Positions 29,981 to 39,034 are shown, counted from the stretch's first letter. The stretch: DNA of 64,000 bases from Candidatus Poribacteria bacterium (GCA_965222225.1 CBDCTK010000002.1:5294977-5358976); one strand, 5' to 3'. Notes: generated by a model from the sequence alone, not told the origin. A program made the numbers and translations.

Positions 29981-30562
29981 CTAATGATTTTCCAAGTTTG
30001 TCAGCAACTCCGAAATCTCACTGTTTGAACTCGCGGAAATGTGAATTGCAAATCGTTTACGCACATCTTCAGATGGGCAATCAAGCGTAAAATTGGCATC
30101 TCCGTACATCTGTTCAAGTACAGGAGCCAATTCTAACTTGATTGCTTCAAACATCTCTGGCGTGTTGGGGGCGATATGCCGGCTGTTAATCATGAACAGG
30201 ATTTCTCCGCTGGTAAAACGTACTTCGTTCTCCAGTTCTTCGGCGTTCTCCAATCGTTGACACCTGGTAAGCGTTTCGACGAACGCTCGGCGAATCTTCT
30301 CGCGATTCTCACCTTCAATCTTGTGCTTCCGGTTGTAGAGAAAGCCGTGCCGATTCATCGCGTTATCAATGCTATAGTTGGCACTTTTAGAAATCAGCAA
30401 CACGCCGGGACCGGAAGAAGTGTGAGAATAGTCGGCGTAGTTCAGGTAGTCACCCTGATCCGCTTCCTCCATCCATCGGTTGAAGACCTTAATGAAATTC
30501 TGATAATTGATATGACTGTCCGCCGTGGCGAAAACCTTGATGTTGATCTGTTGTAAGTCCAT
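29981..30562 (-). CDS. Hypothetical protein (about 194 aa), probably co-transcribed with the ThiF/MoeB-like gene
   Basis: The start is inferred at MDLQQINIKVF…, with a TTATAAT element 4 nt upstream of the ATG. No family is recognised. The longer 269-aa ORF start is an unlikely extension. Confidence 0.45.
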   Translation of the reverse strand: MDLQQINIKVFATADSHINYQNFIKVFNRWMEEADQGDYLNYADYSHTSSGPGVLLISKSANYSIDNAMNRHGFLYNRKHKIEGENREKIRRAFVETLTRCQRLENAEELENEVRFTSGEILFMINSRHIAPNTPEMFEAIKLELAPVLEQMYGDANFTLDCPSEDVRKRFAIHISASSNSEISELLTNLENH

Positions 30563-30800
30563 ACGAATTATAACCGTAAATTCCCTTTTCTGTAAATAAT
30601 TCTGACCCGCGTTTGGCATGTGATGAGACAAACAAACCCACCGAGTCAAGATTGCGGTCAAAGATATGGCCAGTGAAGCCAAGTAGTGCTTGCTTTCATC
30701 CTCGTGACCAATTGACAGCCTCTGGCACTTTCTGGATCGTCCTTCCCCACAATTCCGTTCGCCGATAAACCGAAGGTTCTTAAATTGCAAAGTTGGCGGG

Positions 30801-31139
30801 TTAGACAGTGCTCAACAATTCATCGACATTCCTGCCGATAGTCGAGGGAGGGAGCGCTTTGTTTTCGTGATGAGCTATTGCCAGCCACTCATCAACAATT
30901 TCGCATAGCTCCCGATAAACTTCCACTTCATCATTGCCGTGACAATACGGCCCGATAATCCCAGGACAGCATCCGATAAAACACTGGTCTTCTTCAGACC
31001 ATTCAACAATCTTGATGTACCTCGCGCTGCTAGTCATCTTGATGTCTTTTGAAGGCCCCAAATGTAGATGTCCGGGTTTGTCGAAAGGCACAACTCCGTT
31101 GCCACCCTGATATAATTCAGACTCAGAGTGCCGCGTCAC
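30801..31139 (-). CDS. HicB-like (UPF0150) antitoxin-fold protein
   Basis: YIKIVEWSEEDQCFIGCCPGIIGPYCHGNDEVEVYRELCEIVDEWL matches the HicB N-terminal RNase-H-like fold pattern. The start overlaps the stop of the upstream membrane gene by 4 nt. No hicA partner is seen. Confidence 0.5.
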   Translation of the reverse strand: MTRHSESELYQGGNGVVPFDKPGHLHLGPSKDIKMTSSARYIKIVEWSEEDQCFIGCCPGIIGPYCHGNDEVEVYRELCEIVDEWLAIAHHENKALPPSTIGRNVDELLSTV

Positions 31140-31471
31140 CTGTTCTTGTCTTCGCTAAAGCCGTCTATTATCCAGTATATAATCTTCGCTATCGCTCTTG
31201 GAATAAGAAAGAAGACGATGCTGCTTGTTACTCCAATGAGAATGCAGAATACAGTCTCCATATCTGACAAATCACCTAGGTTGCCGATTAACGCACCAGA
31301 CATCCAGAAAACCGGAAACACGGCTAAGGCGACTGAGCAAGTTAACACGATTCTTCTAACACCGTCAGATCGAGGTTGCTTGGTATTCATAGTAAACCTC
31401 CTAAGCGTCAGCAAAAAACTGCCTCTTGCGAGAGCAAGAGAGAACAGATCTGGAGTGCCCAAAAAGTCCAT
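31136..31471 (-). CDS. Small 2-TM membrane protein (111 aa), paralogous to the N-terminal domain of the next gene
   Basis: …VRRIVLTCSVALAVFPVFW…ILIGVTSSIVFFLIPRAIAKIIYWI aligns with …VSRFVSTCSVLLVLCWLAIAGW…GCVVVLAVIPYLMPRVLAKVVFWM. Confidence 0.55.
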   Translation of the reverse strand: MDFLGTPDLFSLALARGSFLLTLRRFTMNTKQPRSDGVRRIVLTCSVALAVFPVFWMSGALIGNLGDLSDMETVFCILIGVTSSIVFFLIPRAIAKIIYWIIDGFSEDKNR

Positions 31472-31529
31472 GTTGGGTTAAGACAAGGTGACACAAATAT
31501 TGACCTTCTCCCAATCTCAAGTTTTCAGT

Positions 31530-32372
31530 TCAATCTTTTACAGGGGTTTCAACTTTCAGCTTGACGCCAAGTTCGGATGCAATCGTCTCAAGAAGTCGTT
31601 TCTTTTCCGCTGTGGTAGTGTTATGGATCATTATGTAATACCGACCAGACTTGCGTTGCTTCTCGTGCGACTGAGAAGTTGATATGAGAGAAAAACGCCC
31701 CACATTATTTCCAAGGTTCCTCACTCGCTCGATCCCCAGCTTCTCTATTGTTTCAACGAAGGTATCTGATGCGGCTCGACGGTCAATCCGTTCTCCATCT
31801 TCCATAGTGACGACAAGGCGAGTCGGTAGTTTTCTACCCGTAGACGTTGCTGTCGGCTCGCTCACTGGCTGGCTTGTCGGAGCGGACGCTTCCTTCGGTT
31901 GATTCGGTTGAAACTCAGATCTCTGCAAGCTTTTCAGGAATTCCAATACTTGTGCCCGAGTTGGTTTGTGACCCTGCAAACTCTTTGCCTTCTCCGCTAC
32001 TAGGTTGAGCAGTAGGTCATCCGCATCCTGCACCAATTTACTCCATGCCTCTGGTAATCCTGTTTCAATCTGGCTCTGACTGGGCACGGATTGAAAATCG
32101 TCTTTGGCTACCCGCATTGCCTGCATTTCTCGAATCGCTTCACTCGTCGGCGAACCGCCTTTCATCCAAAATACAACTTTGGCTAAAACTCTCGGCATAA
32201 GATAAGGAATAACCGCGAGGACGACGACACAACCTACCGAGAAGGCGTCAAGTGCCTCGGGTCTTTTACTCAAGTTCCACCCGGCGATGGCTAACCAACA
32301 GAGGACTAGCAACACTGAGCAGGTAGAAACAAACCGACTAACACCTTGAGATTGACGTTGGCTGGTTCTCAA
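31530..32372 (-). CDS. Membrane protein (280 aa): N-terminal 2-TM domain paralogous to the 31136..31471 product, plus a C-terminal cytoplasmic domain of unknown function
   Basis: See the alignment above. The C-terminal domain (…RLVVTMEDGERIDRR…RYYIMIHNTTTAEKKRLLETIASELG…) is not recognised. Confidence 0.5.
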   Translation of the reverse strand: MRTSQRQSQGVSRFVSTCSVLLVLCWLAIAGWNLSKRPEALDAFSVGCVVVLAVIPYLMPRVLAKVVFWMKGGSPTSEAIREMQAMRVAKDDFQSVPSQSQIETGLPEAWSKLVQDADDLLLNLVAEKAKSLQGHKPTRAQVLEFLKSLQRSEFQPNQPKEASAPTSQPVSEPTATSTGRKLPTRLVVTMEDGERIDRRAASDTFVETIEKLGIERVRNLGNNVGRFSLISTSQSHEKQRKSGRYYIMIHNTTTAEKKRLLETIASELGVKLKVETPVKD

Positions 32373-32501
32373 TGTGACATCTCCTGATCATGAGAAATTC
32401 TGCCATGAAAGACAGCGCCGAAATGAGCTGGATATATGAATTGTCACAAACGATTAATCAGACCTCGCTCAATCAATACGTACTCCCGCACAGTCTCGGG
32501 A

Positions 32502-32741
32502 TCAGTCACTCTCTTTTTCTGTCGTTGGCAACGAAGTGATAATAGCCCGCAGCACATGATTGACGGCTTCGGTGGTTTTGAATACAGCGGCGACATCCGC
32601 ATCAAGGCAGACCATCAACTGGTCTTGTCTAAGCTTACCCGCGAAGCGGTTAGGTTTTGCTTTATTATAGTCGAACGAATACTCATCCTGCATCTCATCT
32701 GAGGTGCTATTGACCCGATTAACCGATTTGATGTTCTTCAT
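32502..32741 (-). CDS. brnA: BrnA-like antitoxin (CopG/RHH type) of a BrnT/BrnA pair
   Basis: DEYSFDYNKAKPNRFAGKLRQDQLMVCLDADVAAVFK matches the BrnA signature (DEYDF…NPYAKKLK…V…LD.DV…FK). The start is inferred at MKNIK and overlaps the end of brnT. Confidence 0.7.
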   Translation of the reverse strand: MKNIKSVNRVNSTSDEMQDEYSFDYNKAKPNRFAGKLRQDQLMVCLDADVAAVFKTTEAVNHVLRAIITSLPTTEKESD

Positions 32742-33006
32742 AATCTTGACGTTCTCTCCTTGTTGCTTTTCGTGCACTAATAATTCGGATAACATTATCA
32801 CGCTCGGTGAAGCATACCAAGAGTAAACGGTTCATGTCAGAGTGACCAATAATAATTTCCCTAGATTCCTCATCCGAGTGCTTTGCATCACCAAAAATCG
32901 CGGCAATTGGGCCACAGAATACGGTGGCAGCTTCTTCAAAACTCACACCGTGCTTTGCTGTGTTACCATTAGCTTTATCAACATTCCATTCAAAGCACCA
33001 AGTCAT
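32719..33006 (-). CDS. brnT: BrnT-like toxin (DUF497 ribonuclease)
   Basis: FEWNVDKANGNTAKHGVSFEEAATVF…LLLVCFTERDNVIRIISARKATRRERQDYE matches the BrnT/DUF497 consensus. Confidence 0.75.
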   Translation of the reverse strand: MTWCFEWNVDKANGNTAKHGVSFEEAATVFCGPIAAIFGDAKHSDEESREIIIGHSDMNRLLLVCFTERDNVIRIISARKATRRERQDYEEHQIG

Positions 33007-33196
33007 AAGATTAGTATCTAGTCGTCAATTAGTCGGAACTGATTTCTCAATCAATAAATACTCGCAATCCACTGATGATGTTACATGGAGGCTAACGTTC
33101 GACTCAACCGGAACCTATATTCAAGGTTGAAAACGTAATCTTGAGCCCATGTTGCTCTTGGGATTTACGCCTTCGTGATAGTTAGACATCCAGAAA

Positions 33197-34405
33197 TCAA
33201 TCAGTTGGAAATTCTTCGATTTTATCAATGGTGTAACTTGAGGGCGGAGACCAGATTCGACGTGCATCCTCAAGGTCTGTTTCTGTATAGTTTTCTTTAA
33301 TCTCGTCTGCTCCAATTACGATTGCGCTCGACAATCCCAGTAAGCGCGACGGAAAAGTAATTGACACTTGGAATCCGAAGCCGTAAACTCCAAAGTCAAA
33401 CAAGTTCCAATGAACTTCACTAATCAGTTTTAGCCTGACGAACCTTTCTAAATTATCCTGTATTTGTCTTGGGCTCAACTTTGCAAAATAAAAAACCAAC
33501 CAATTGCTCGTAGACGGATTACAAATTGCGAACCGCCGGAATGGTTTGCCACGTATAAAGGACTCCTGGACCTTTTCAATTTTTTCACCCAAATAAGCTC
33601 TTTCTCTCCGCGTCATTGAACCAAGTTCCCACGCGAAATACAACCCCAAAGGGCATTCATCGTGTGGCTTCCTTTGGTCAGTGAAGACATTCTCAAGTTT
33701 ATCTAGCCACTGAGAATATTGATTGTGAGCATTGCGTGCTGCAATTTGTTCAACCATGGAGACTCTGTATGTTTCCAGAAAGGATTGGGAATCAAAATCG
33801 ATCGGCGAGTTTGAGAATCGATTAGATTGGCTTTTGTAATATCCTAAGGTCTCAAGTTCCTTATTAAGCGGAATGTCAGAGACCTTTAGGTATTCAAACC
33901 GATCCTTCAAGTAGTAGCAAAAATCAGGAACGGTGTCTATCTCTTCTGTCATTTCAAATAGGGCATTGCCGGAGAAAACATGTATGGGTATTTCCTGATT
34001 GTAGATTTCCTTAGTCGTTTGTGACGGTAGAAGGGCAATATCCCCATCATGAATCAAAACTATTATTCCAACCACCTCCGAAACGCCTTCGCAGTCAAGT
34101 TGGGTATGATAGTATGAATTGTGCAGGAATATTTGTTCCCTTGCTTTGATTCGCCCGTAATTTTTCTTGATTTGTACTAAGGCTTCTCGAATCCGTGATT
34201 CTGCCCAAGATTCAACCGGAACTTTGCTTCGATCTCGAGTTTTGACTTCAATTAGGAACACCGTCCTATTCATCCAGACGAGCACATCTGCAACTTCAGC
34301 GTTTGACTTTGTCTTGGGATTGGGAAAGGAAAAAACCTTTGAGAAATGCTTATCAAAGAATTTTGCGACAAGCTTTTCGCCAACTGTTCCGTTATTATCG
34401 TCCAT
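33197..34405 (-). CDS. NERD-domain (PD-(D/E)xK-like) nuclease-related protein with an unknown C-terminal domain of about 250 aa
   Basis: N-terminal G-x2-GE (NGTVGEKLV), then …AEVADVLVWMNRTVFLIEVKTRD…, which fits the NERD D…(E/V)xK arrangement. 402 aa. Confidence 0.55.
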   Translation of the reverse strand: MDDNNGTVGEKLVAKFFDKHFSKVFSFPNPKTKSNAEVADVLVWMNRTVFLIEVKTRDRSKVPVESWAESRIREALVQIKKNYGRIKAREQIFLHNSYYHTQLDCEGVSEVVGIIVLIHDGDIALLPSQTTKEIYNQEIPIHVFSGNALFEMTEEIDTVPDFCYYLKDRFEYLKVSDIPLNKELETLGYYKSQSNRFSNSPIDFDSQSFLETYRVSMVEQIAARNAHNQYSQWLDKLENVFTDQRKPHDECPLGLYFAWELGSMTRRERAYLGEKIEKVQESFIRGKPFRRFAICNPSTSNWLVFYFAKLSPRQIQDNLERFVRLKLISEVHWNLFDFGVYGFGFQVSITFPSRLLGLSSAIVIGADEIKENYTETDLEDARRIWSPPSSYTIDKIEEFPTD

Positions 34406-34578
34406 AGTATGAATCTTCGAGAAACCGGATTCTCAGGGATAAATCATTCTATTTTAATTTTTTCTAACAATAAACGCCGACGACTGGTTAGGATCCCTGT
34501 ACCCATCTAGTTGAGTCGGAGCAAATTTATCACGGAGACGCTTGAGGTCCCTTGCGAAACTGCTTCTGAACTCAACTT

Positions 34579-34809
34579 TCAAGATTTACTTTCTAAGATT
34601 TGGAAGACTTGATTTATGTCTACAATCTCAGTGTTTTCCTCTTCTTTGATTGAGTTCACCAGAGCGATGTCTTCAAGAACCTCGGAAAAAACATCATACA
34701 GCAAGGCTCTTTGCTCCTGTAATAATTCAGCGAATGCTTGTTTAATCACTTCCTTGAGTTGATTCTCGTCATCAATTACTTGTTGCATCGCACACTCATG
34801 ATTTTCCAA
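34579..34809 (-). CDS. Small acidic helical protein (76 aa), possibly antitoxin or addiction-module-like
   Basis: …LKEVIKQAFAELLQEQRALLYDVFSEVLEDIALVNSIKEEE… Only weak similarity, from memory, to small addiction-module components. No partner is identified. Confidence 0.3.
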   Translation of the reverse strand: MENHECAMQQVIDDENQLKEVIKQAFAELLQEQRALLYDVFSEVLEDIALVNSIKEEENTEIVDINQVFQILESKS

Positions 34810-34873
34810 AAAATAAAGCGTGACGAACCCAGCTTCAGTCCACCACGCTTTATCTTGACGACACCTGACTCTA

Positions 34874-37327
34874 TTATTCGACCTTGCGAATCACGAGACG
34901 GTAGTGTTGCCCAATCTTCTTCGTGTCTGTAATCTCGTGACCATCATTCGTTAGGCTTTTGGGCACGTTTTCAATCGGTTCGCCATCATCAATGGTGATT
35001 TCCAGAAGTTGACCGACATCCATCGTTTCCAAACGGATTTTCGCTCGCACGTAGTTGAATGGACACGCCACACCTTTCAGGTCAAGGCTGTCCACAATTT
35101 CCTCAACTGCTTCAACTTTCGACGGAGCGTCCGGGATACGTGCGGGGCTTGCCTCGCGCCGTTTCCGCTCGCCTCGACTTTGTTGCTGCTCCTCTTCCTG
35201 ACGAATCTGCATACGATTATAGACGTTGTGCGCTTCCTCGATAAAGAGCGTCGCCTCCTCAACCCGCTGATGTGTCAATTCGGCGTTGAGATTATCCGTT
35301 CCCTCCTCAACGGCTTTGAAGATGTGTGCGCCAAAACCGGCAAAGACAATTCGCGGCTCGAAAAACCGGTTCCGAAATTCCGAAACCGTTGTTTCATCGT
35401 CAACGTATTGCAAACCTTCTGTCGTCAGCAAACCATCGGCAGCCCGAATCATTCCTTCAAAGGCGCGTGTAGCAGATTCGACGAACTCCTCTCGTTCGAG
35501 CAGCAGCCCGGCTTCATAAAGCAGACGATCGGCTTCCTCAAGTTTGAACGAAACTAGCCCAACTAACTTCCCTGCACATTCACCAACACCGGTCTTCAGC
35601 TGGAACTCCTTCGTATCACCGGTGTCAACGTAGTAACTCGGGTCCTCCTCGTAGGTCGGAATCTTGTCGTACTTCAAGAGGACTTTCTTGATTTCAGCTT
35701 TCCCCAACCGCCCAATGAAAGCGGTGAAGGTTTCGTCCTCACCTCGCTCGTCAAGATACCTATCCGTCATTTCCTTGATAAACTCGGGGATATACTTTCC
35801 GTGAATCTTGCCGTTGGGAAGTCCATAAGAGCCTGCATTATCAACGGCATGACCACCCAAGAGCACCTGATAATACGGCGCGATGTGGTCCCCAAATCGC
35901 CGAGATGAGCCAAAGAAACCGATGTTGGCGATGTGGTGTTGGCCGCACGAGTTTGGGCAACCGCTAATCTTGATTCGCAGGTCGTCGAGTTCAGATTTCA
36001 CGCCGGTCTGGATGAAATGGTCTCTCAGGTGTGCTGCCAAACCGCGAGAAGACGACACTCCTAATTTGCAAGAATCGGTGCCCGGGCAAGCCGTAATATC
36101 AACCGTAGATTCCGCACCCGGATCGCCCAAACCGACGGCTTTCAATTCACGATAGAGTGCGGGAAGGTCGGTCATCGTGACCCAACGCAGCACAAGATTC
36201 TGCTCTACAGTCGTGCGAACCGTCTCCTTCACATATCGACGGGCAATGTCCGCCAGCGCCCGCGTTTGGTCGGCGGTGATGTCTCCCAGCGGAAGTGTGA
36301 CAGTGACGAATGCATAACCAAGCTGACGCTGTGAACGAACGTTTGAGGCGTACCACTCCTCGAATCCTTCCGGCTTTGTGACTCCGTTCAGTTGCGTCGG
36401 CGGCTTCAGCGGCTCTTCGTCATACGCATTGAGATTTTCAAGATAACTTGTCCATGCGGGGTCATGTCGCAGTTTCTCACGTTCTTCAAGCACCAAGTGT
36501 CGGAACTCGTCAATCCCAAGTTTCCCGACAACGAACTTCATCCGTGCTTTGTTGCGGTTTTTCCGCTCGCCAAGCCGAGTAAATACTTTGGCAATCGCCT
36601 GTGAAATCGGGAGCAACTCCTCCTCCGGTAAAAACTCATCGAAAACCTTTGCCTGATGGGGTACCGCACCAAGACCGCCGCCAACGAGAAGTTTGAACCC
36701 TCGTTTTGGTTTGCCATCGACCTCTTTCATAACCGCAACTGCCCCGATGTCGTGCATGTATCCCAAACCACAGGCATGTTCATGGCAACCGGAGAACGCA
36801 ATCTTAAATTTCCGTCCGAAATCTTGGGCATCGGGGTGACCCAACATAAACGCGGAGAGTGCCTGCGAATGCGGAGTCACGTCAAACGCCTCATCATGGC
36901 ATACACCGGAAAGCGGACAAGCTGTTACATTTCGAACCGCATTCCCGCACGCTTCCTTTGTGGTAATGCCGACAGACGCGAGCCGTCGCATCAACTCCGG
37001 CGCGTGATTGATGTCAACGTAGTGATATTGCACATCTTGGCGCGTAGTAATGTGGATAATATTGTCCGACATCTCCTCGGCGATATCAGCGAGCATCTCA
37101 AGTTGCGCCGCATTCAATCCGCCGAACGGAATCTTCACACGAATCATTTGTGATTGATTGTCGCGTTGTCCGTATACTCCGTGACGCAATCTGAACTCGG
37201 TGAAAAGTTCCTCCGGCACGTCGCCATCTTGGAAGCGATTAAGCTGTGTTTCAAAAATCTCAATCGCGCGGCCAACGTCCTCGGGAATCGTGTCTATGTT
37301 ATAAGGTATTGCCGCTCCCGTCGCCAT
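34874..37327 (-). CDS. Ferredoxin-type assimilatory sulfite/nitrite reductase hemoprotein with a C-terminal extension that ends in a TusA/SirA-like domain
   Basis: Two NiR/SiR ferredoxin-like repeats. Siroheme/4Fe-4S motif CPNSCGQHHIANIGFFGS and a second cysteine cluster (TACPGTDSCKLG). 817 aa, against about 570 aa for a typical Sir. The C-terminus, LDLKGVACPFNYVRAKIRLETMDVGQLLEITIDDGEPIENVPKSL, resembles the TusA CPxP-type fold. Confidence 0.8.
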   Translation of the reverse strand: MATGAAIPYNIDTIPEDVGRAIEIFETQLNRFQDGDVPEELFTEFRLRHGVYGQRDNQSQMIRVKIPFGGLNAAQLEMLADIAEEMSDNIIHITTRQDVQYHYVDINHAPELMRRLASVGITTKEACGNAVRNVTACPLSGVCHDEAFDVTPHSQALSAFMLGHPDAQDFGRKFKIAFSGCHEHACGLGYMHDIGAVAVMKEVDGKPKRGFKLLVGGGLGAVPHQAKVFDEFLPEEELLPISQAIAKVFTRLGERKNRNKARMKFVVGKLGIDEFRHLVLEEREKLRHDPAWTSYLENLNAYDEEPLKPPTQLNGVTKPEGFEEWYASNVRSQRQLGYAFVTVTLPLGDITADQTRALADIARRYVKETVRTTVEQNLVLRWVTMTDLPALYRELKAVGLGDPGAESTVDITACPGTDSCKLGVSSSRGLAAHLRDHFIQTGVKSELDDLRIKISGCPNSCGQHHIANIGFFGSSRRFGDHIAPYYQVLLGGHAVDNAGSYGLPNGKIHGKYIPEFIKEMTDRYLDERGEDETFTAFIGRLGKAEIKKVLLKYDKIPTYEEDPSYYVDTGDTKEFQLKTGVGECAGKLVGLVSFKLEEADRLLYEAGLLLEREEFVESATRAFEGMIRAADGLLTTEGLQYVDDETTVSEFRNRFFEPRIVFAGFGAHIFKAVEEGTDNLNAELTHQRVEEATLFIEEAHNVYNRMQIRQEEEQQQSRGERKRREASPARIPDAPSKVEAVEEIVDSLDLKGVACPFNYVRAKIRLETMDVGQLLEITIDDGEPIENVPKSLTNDGHEITDTKKIGQHYRLVIRKVE

Positions 37328-37570
37328 TTCTTTCTCCTTAGTTTTTTGCGGTAATGATGGAAAGAGAAACTGTCCTCTGCAAATCTCAAAATTGGATTGT
37401 GCAAGCCTGCCGATAAAAGATTGAAGGTGACCAATGTAGTCGGATTTACGTATAAAATTTTAGACCAATTTGATTATATTTAGATCGGCTATAGTATAAT
37501 ACAATTTAGAGTAGCAAATCAAACTTTATTTGGTCTGCAGGACAATCGCCCCAGACCCTAGAAGATTAAC

Positions 37571-37628
37571 CGACCGGATAGCGAATGCGACAATACTTCC
37601 ATAGAGATCTCAGTGCGATAGCAACCCC
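37571..37628. repeat. GCGATAG-family array
   Basis: ggatagcgaatgcgacaatacttcc / atagagatctc / agtgcgatagcaacccc. Confidence 0.7.
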
Positions 37629-37955
37629 GATGACCAAGCCGTCGATTGTCCCTAATTATCTTGTCATTCAATCGTTGCTCCTTTCTTCAACTAAGTCAGT
37701 GGAAATCAAGAAAGGTAATCCTACAAAATTTACGCACCGACCTACGTCAAGAAAAGATGAACTTCGCATGGGGGAGGCAGATGTATTGAAAACACGAAAG
37801 TCACAGCAATGGGCAGGACAAGGTTTAAGGTTTGATGGCGTGCAAACCATCAGCAACTGTTCAGAATTGGTTCGCGCACATTGTTTTATTCTTGAATAAC
37901 CGCTGACATCCTATCGACAAATAAATCGTCGTAACCCTAAGAGCCTGTTTGAAAA

Positions 37956-38130
37956 GTACATTTGTAGGGTGCGCACTGCGCACCAACCTCTAAAAGCCCC
38001 AGAGTGGGATCAAGGGAGCGAATAGCGACTGCGATAGAGATCCATGAAGGTGTATAGAAACGCCAAAACCCCGTGCACCTAAGCCCCAGCGGGGATCAAA
38101 CGAACGGATAGTGAGTGCGATAGCAATCCC
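37956..38130. repeat. Composite: GTACATTTGTAGGGTGCGCACTGCGCACC hairpin module plus a GATCAA/GCGATAG array
   Basis: gatcaagggagcgaatagcgactgcgatagagatcc … gatcaaacgaacggatagtgagtgcgatagcaatccc. Confidence 0.8.
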
Positions 38131-38272
38131 ATAGGTACGTAGCAGGCAACAATTAAGACATGGAAGAACTTCCCACAAATGACCAAAAATGGCTTTCCTA
38201 TCGATTATTCAAACAGGTTCTAAACGAAGACCGGGGGAATGGATGCAGAGAATTGCAACTCGCCTCAATTCC

Positions 38273-39034
38273 CTACCATGTTGCGAAGTCCCTGAGAAAT
38301 AAGACTACCTCTGCTGTAATGGCGTTCAGTAAAGATTCGCCCTTTTCCGCAGTCGCGTGTTGAGGTCCTCCCATTGCGCCGGTTGGTGTCCAAGTATTCA
38401 TCCGTTTGGCGACATTGACTCGCCCGCCCTGTTCGCTATGGAAGAACGGCGAGTCCACTAGAGGGGGGCTTGACGTGACTCTGTCCATCCGCATAATCTC
38501 GCCGTGCAACGATAACATCATGGAGGTCTCGTATTCGCAGGCGTGTGATAACTGTTTCGTCTGCATGCCGTGGTTTTCCGCCGCCATGACGGGCGATGCG
38601 ACTGACCAATAGGACGCCAGTGCCATCCAGAGATTGTTGTACACTTCGGATTCGGTAGACAACTCCGTAATCGCCTGTGTGCCTGGAATGACATTGCCGC
38701 CGTGACCGTTCAGGAAGAAAATCCGTTGAAATCCCGCTTTGCTAATAGAACGTACGATGTTCTTAATGATTAATGTATAAACATGATTGGGAACGCTCGT
38801 CGTTCCGGGCAAATCAAGATGATGATCTGATGCGCCAAGCCACAGCGTCGGTAGAAAGTACGTCTGCTCACGAAGCTCTTGTTCGACACGTTCGGCGACC
38901 ACGGTGACCAAATACGTGTCCGTTAGGAGCGGGGAATGGTGGCCGTGCTGCTCCATTGAACCAAGCGGAACCACAACAACTTTATTCTTGTCCGCTTGCT
39001 CAATATCCACCCAACAACCATCACCATATTTCAC
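38273..39034 (-). CDS. Creatininase-family amidohydrolase
   Basis: …VVVVPLGSMEQHGHHSPLLTDT… metal-binding signature. 253 aa. Confidence 0.75.
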   Translation of the reverse strand: MKYGDGCWVDIEQADKNKVVVVPLGSMEQHGHHSPLLTDTYLVTVVAERVEQELREQTYFLPTLWLGASDHHLDLPGTTSVPNHVYTLIIKNIVRSISKAGFQRIFFLNGHGGNVIPGTQAITELSTESEVYNNLWMALASYWSVASPVMAAENHGMQTKQLSHACEYETSMMLSLHGEIMRMDRVTSSPPLVDSPFFHSEQGGRVNVAKRMNTWTPTGAMGGPQHATAEKGESLLNAITAEVVLFLRDFATW

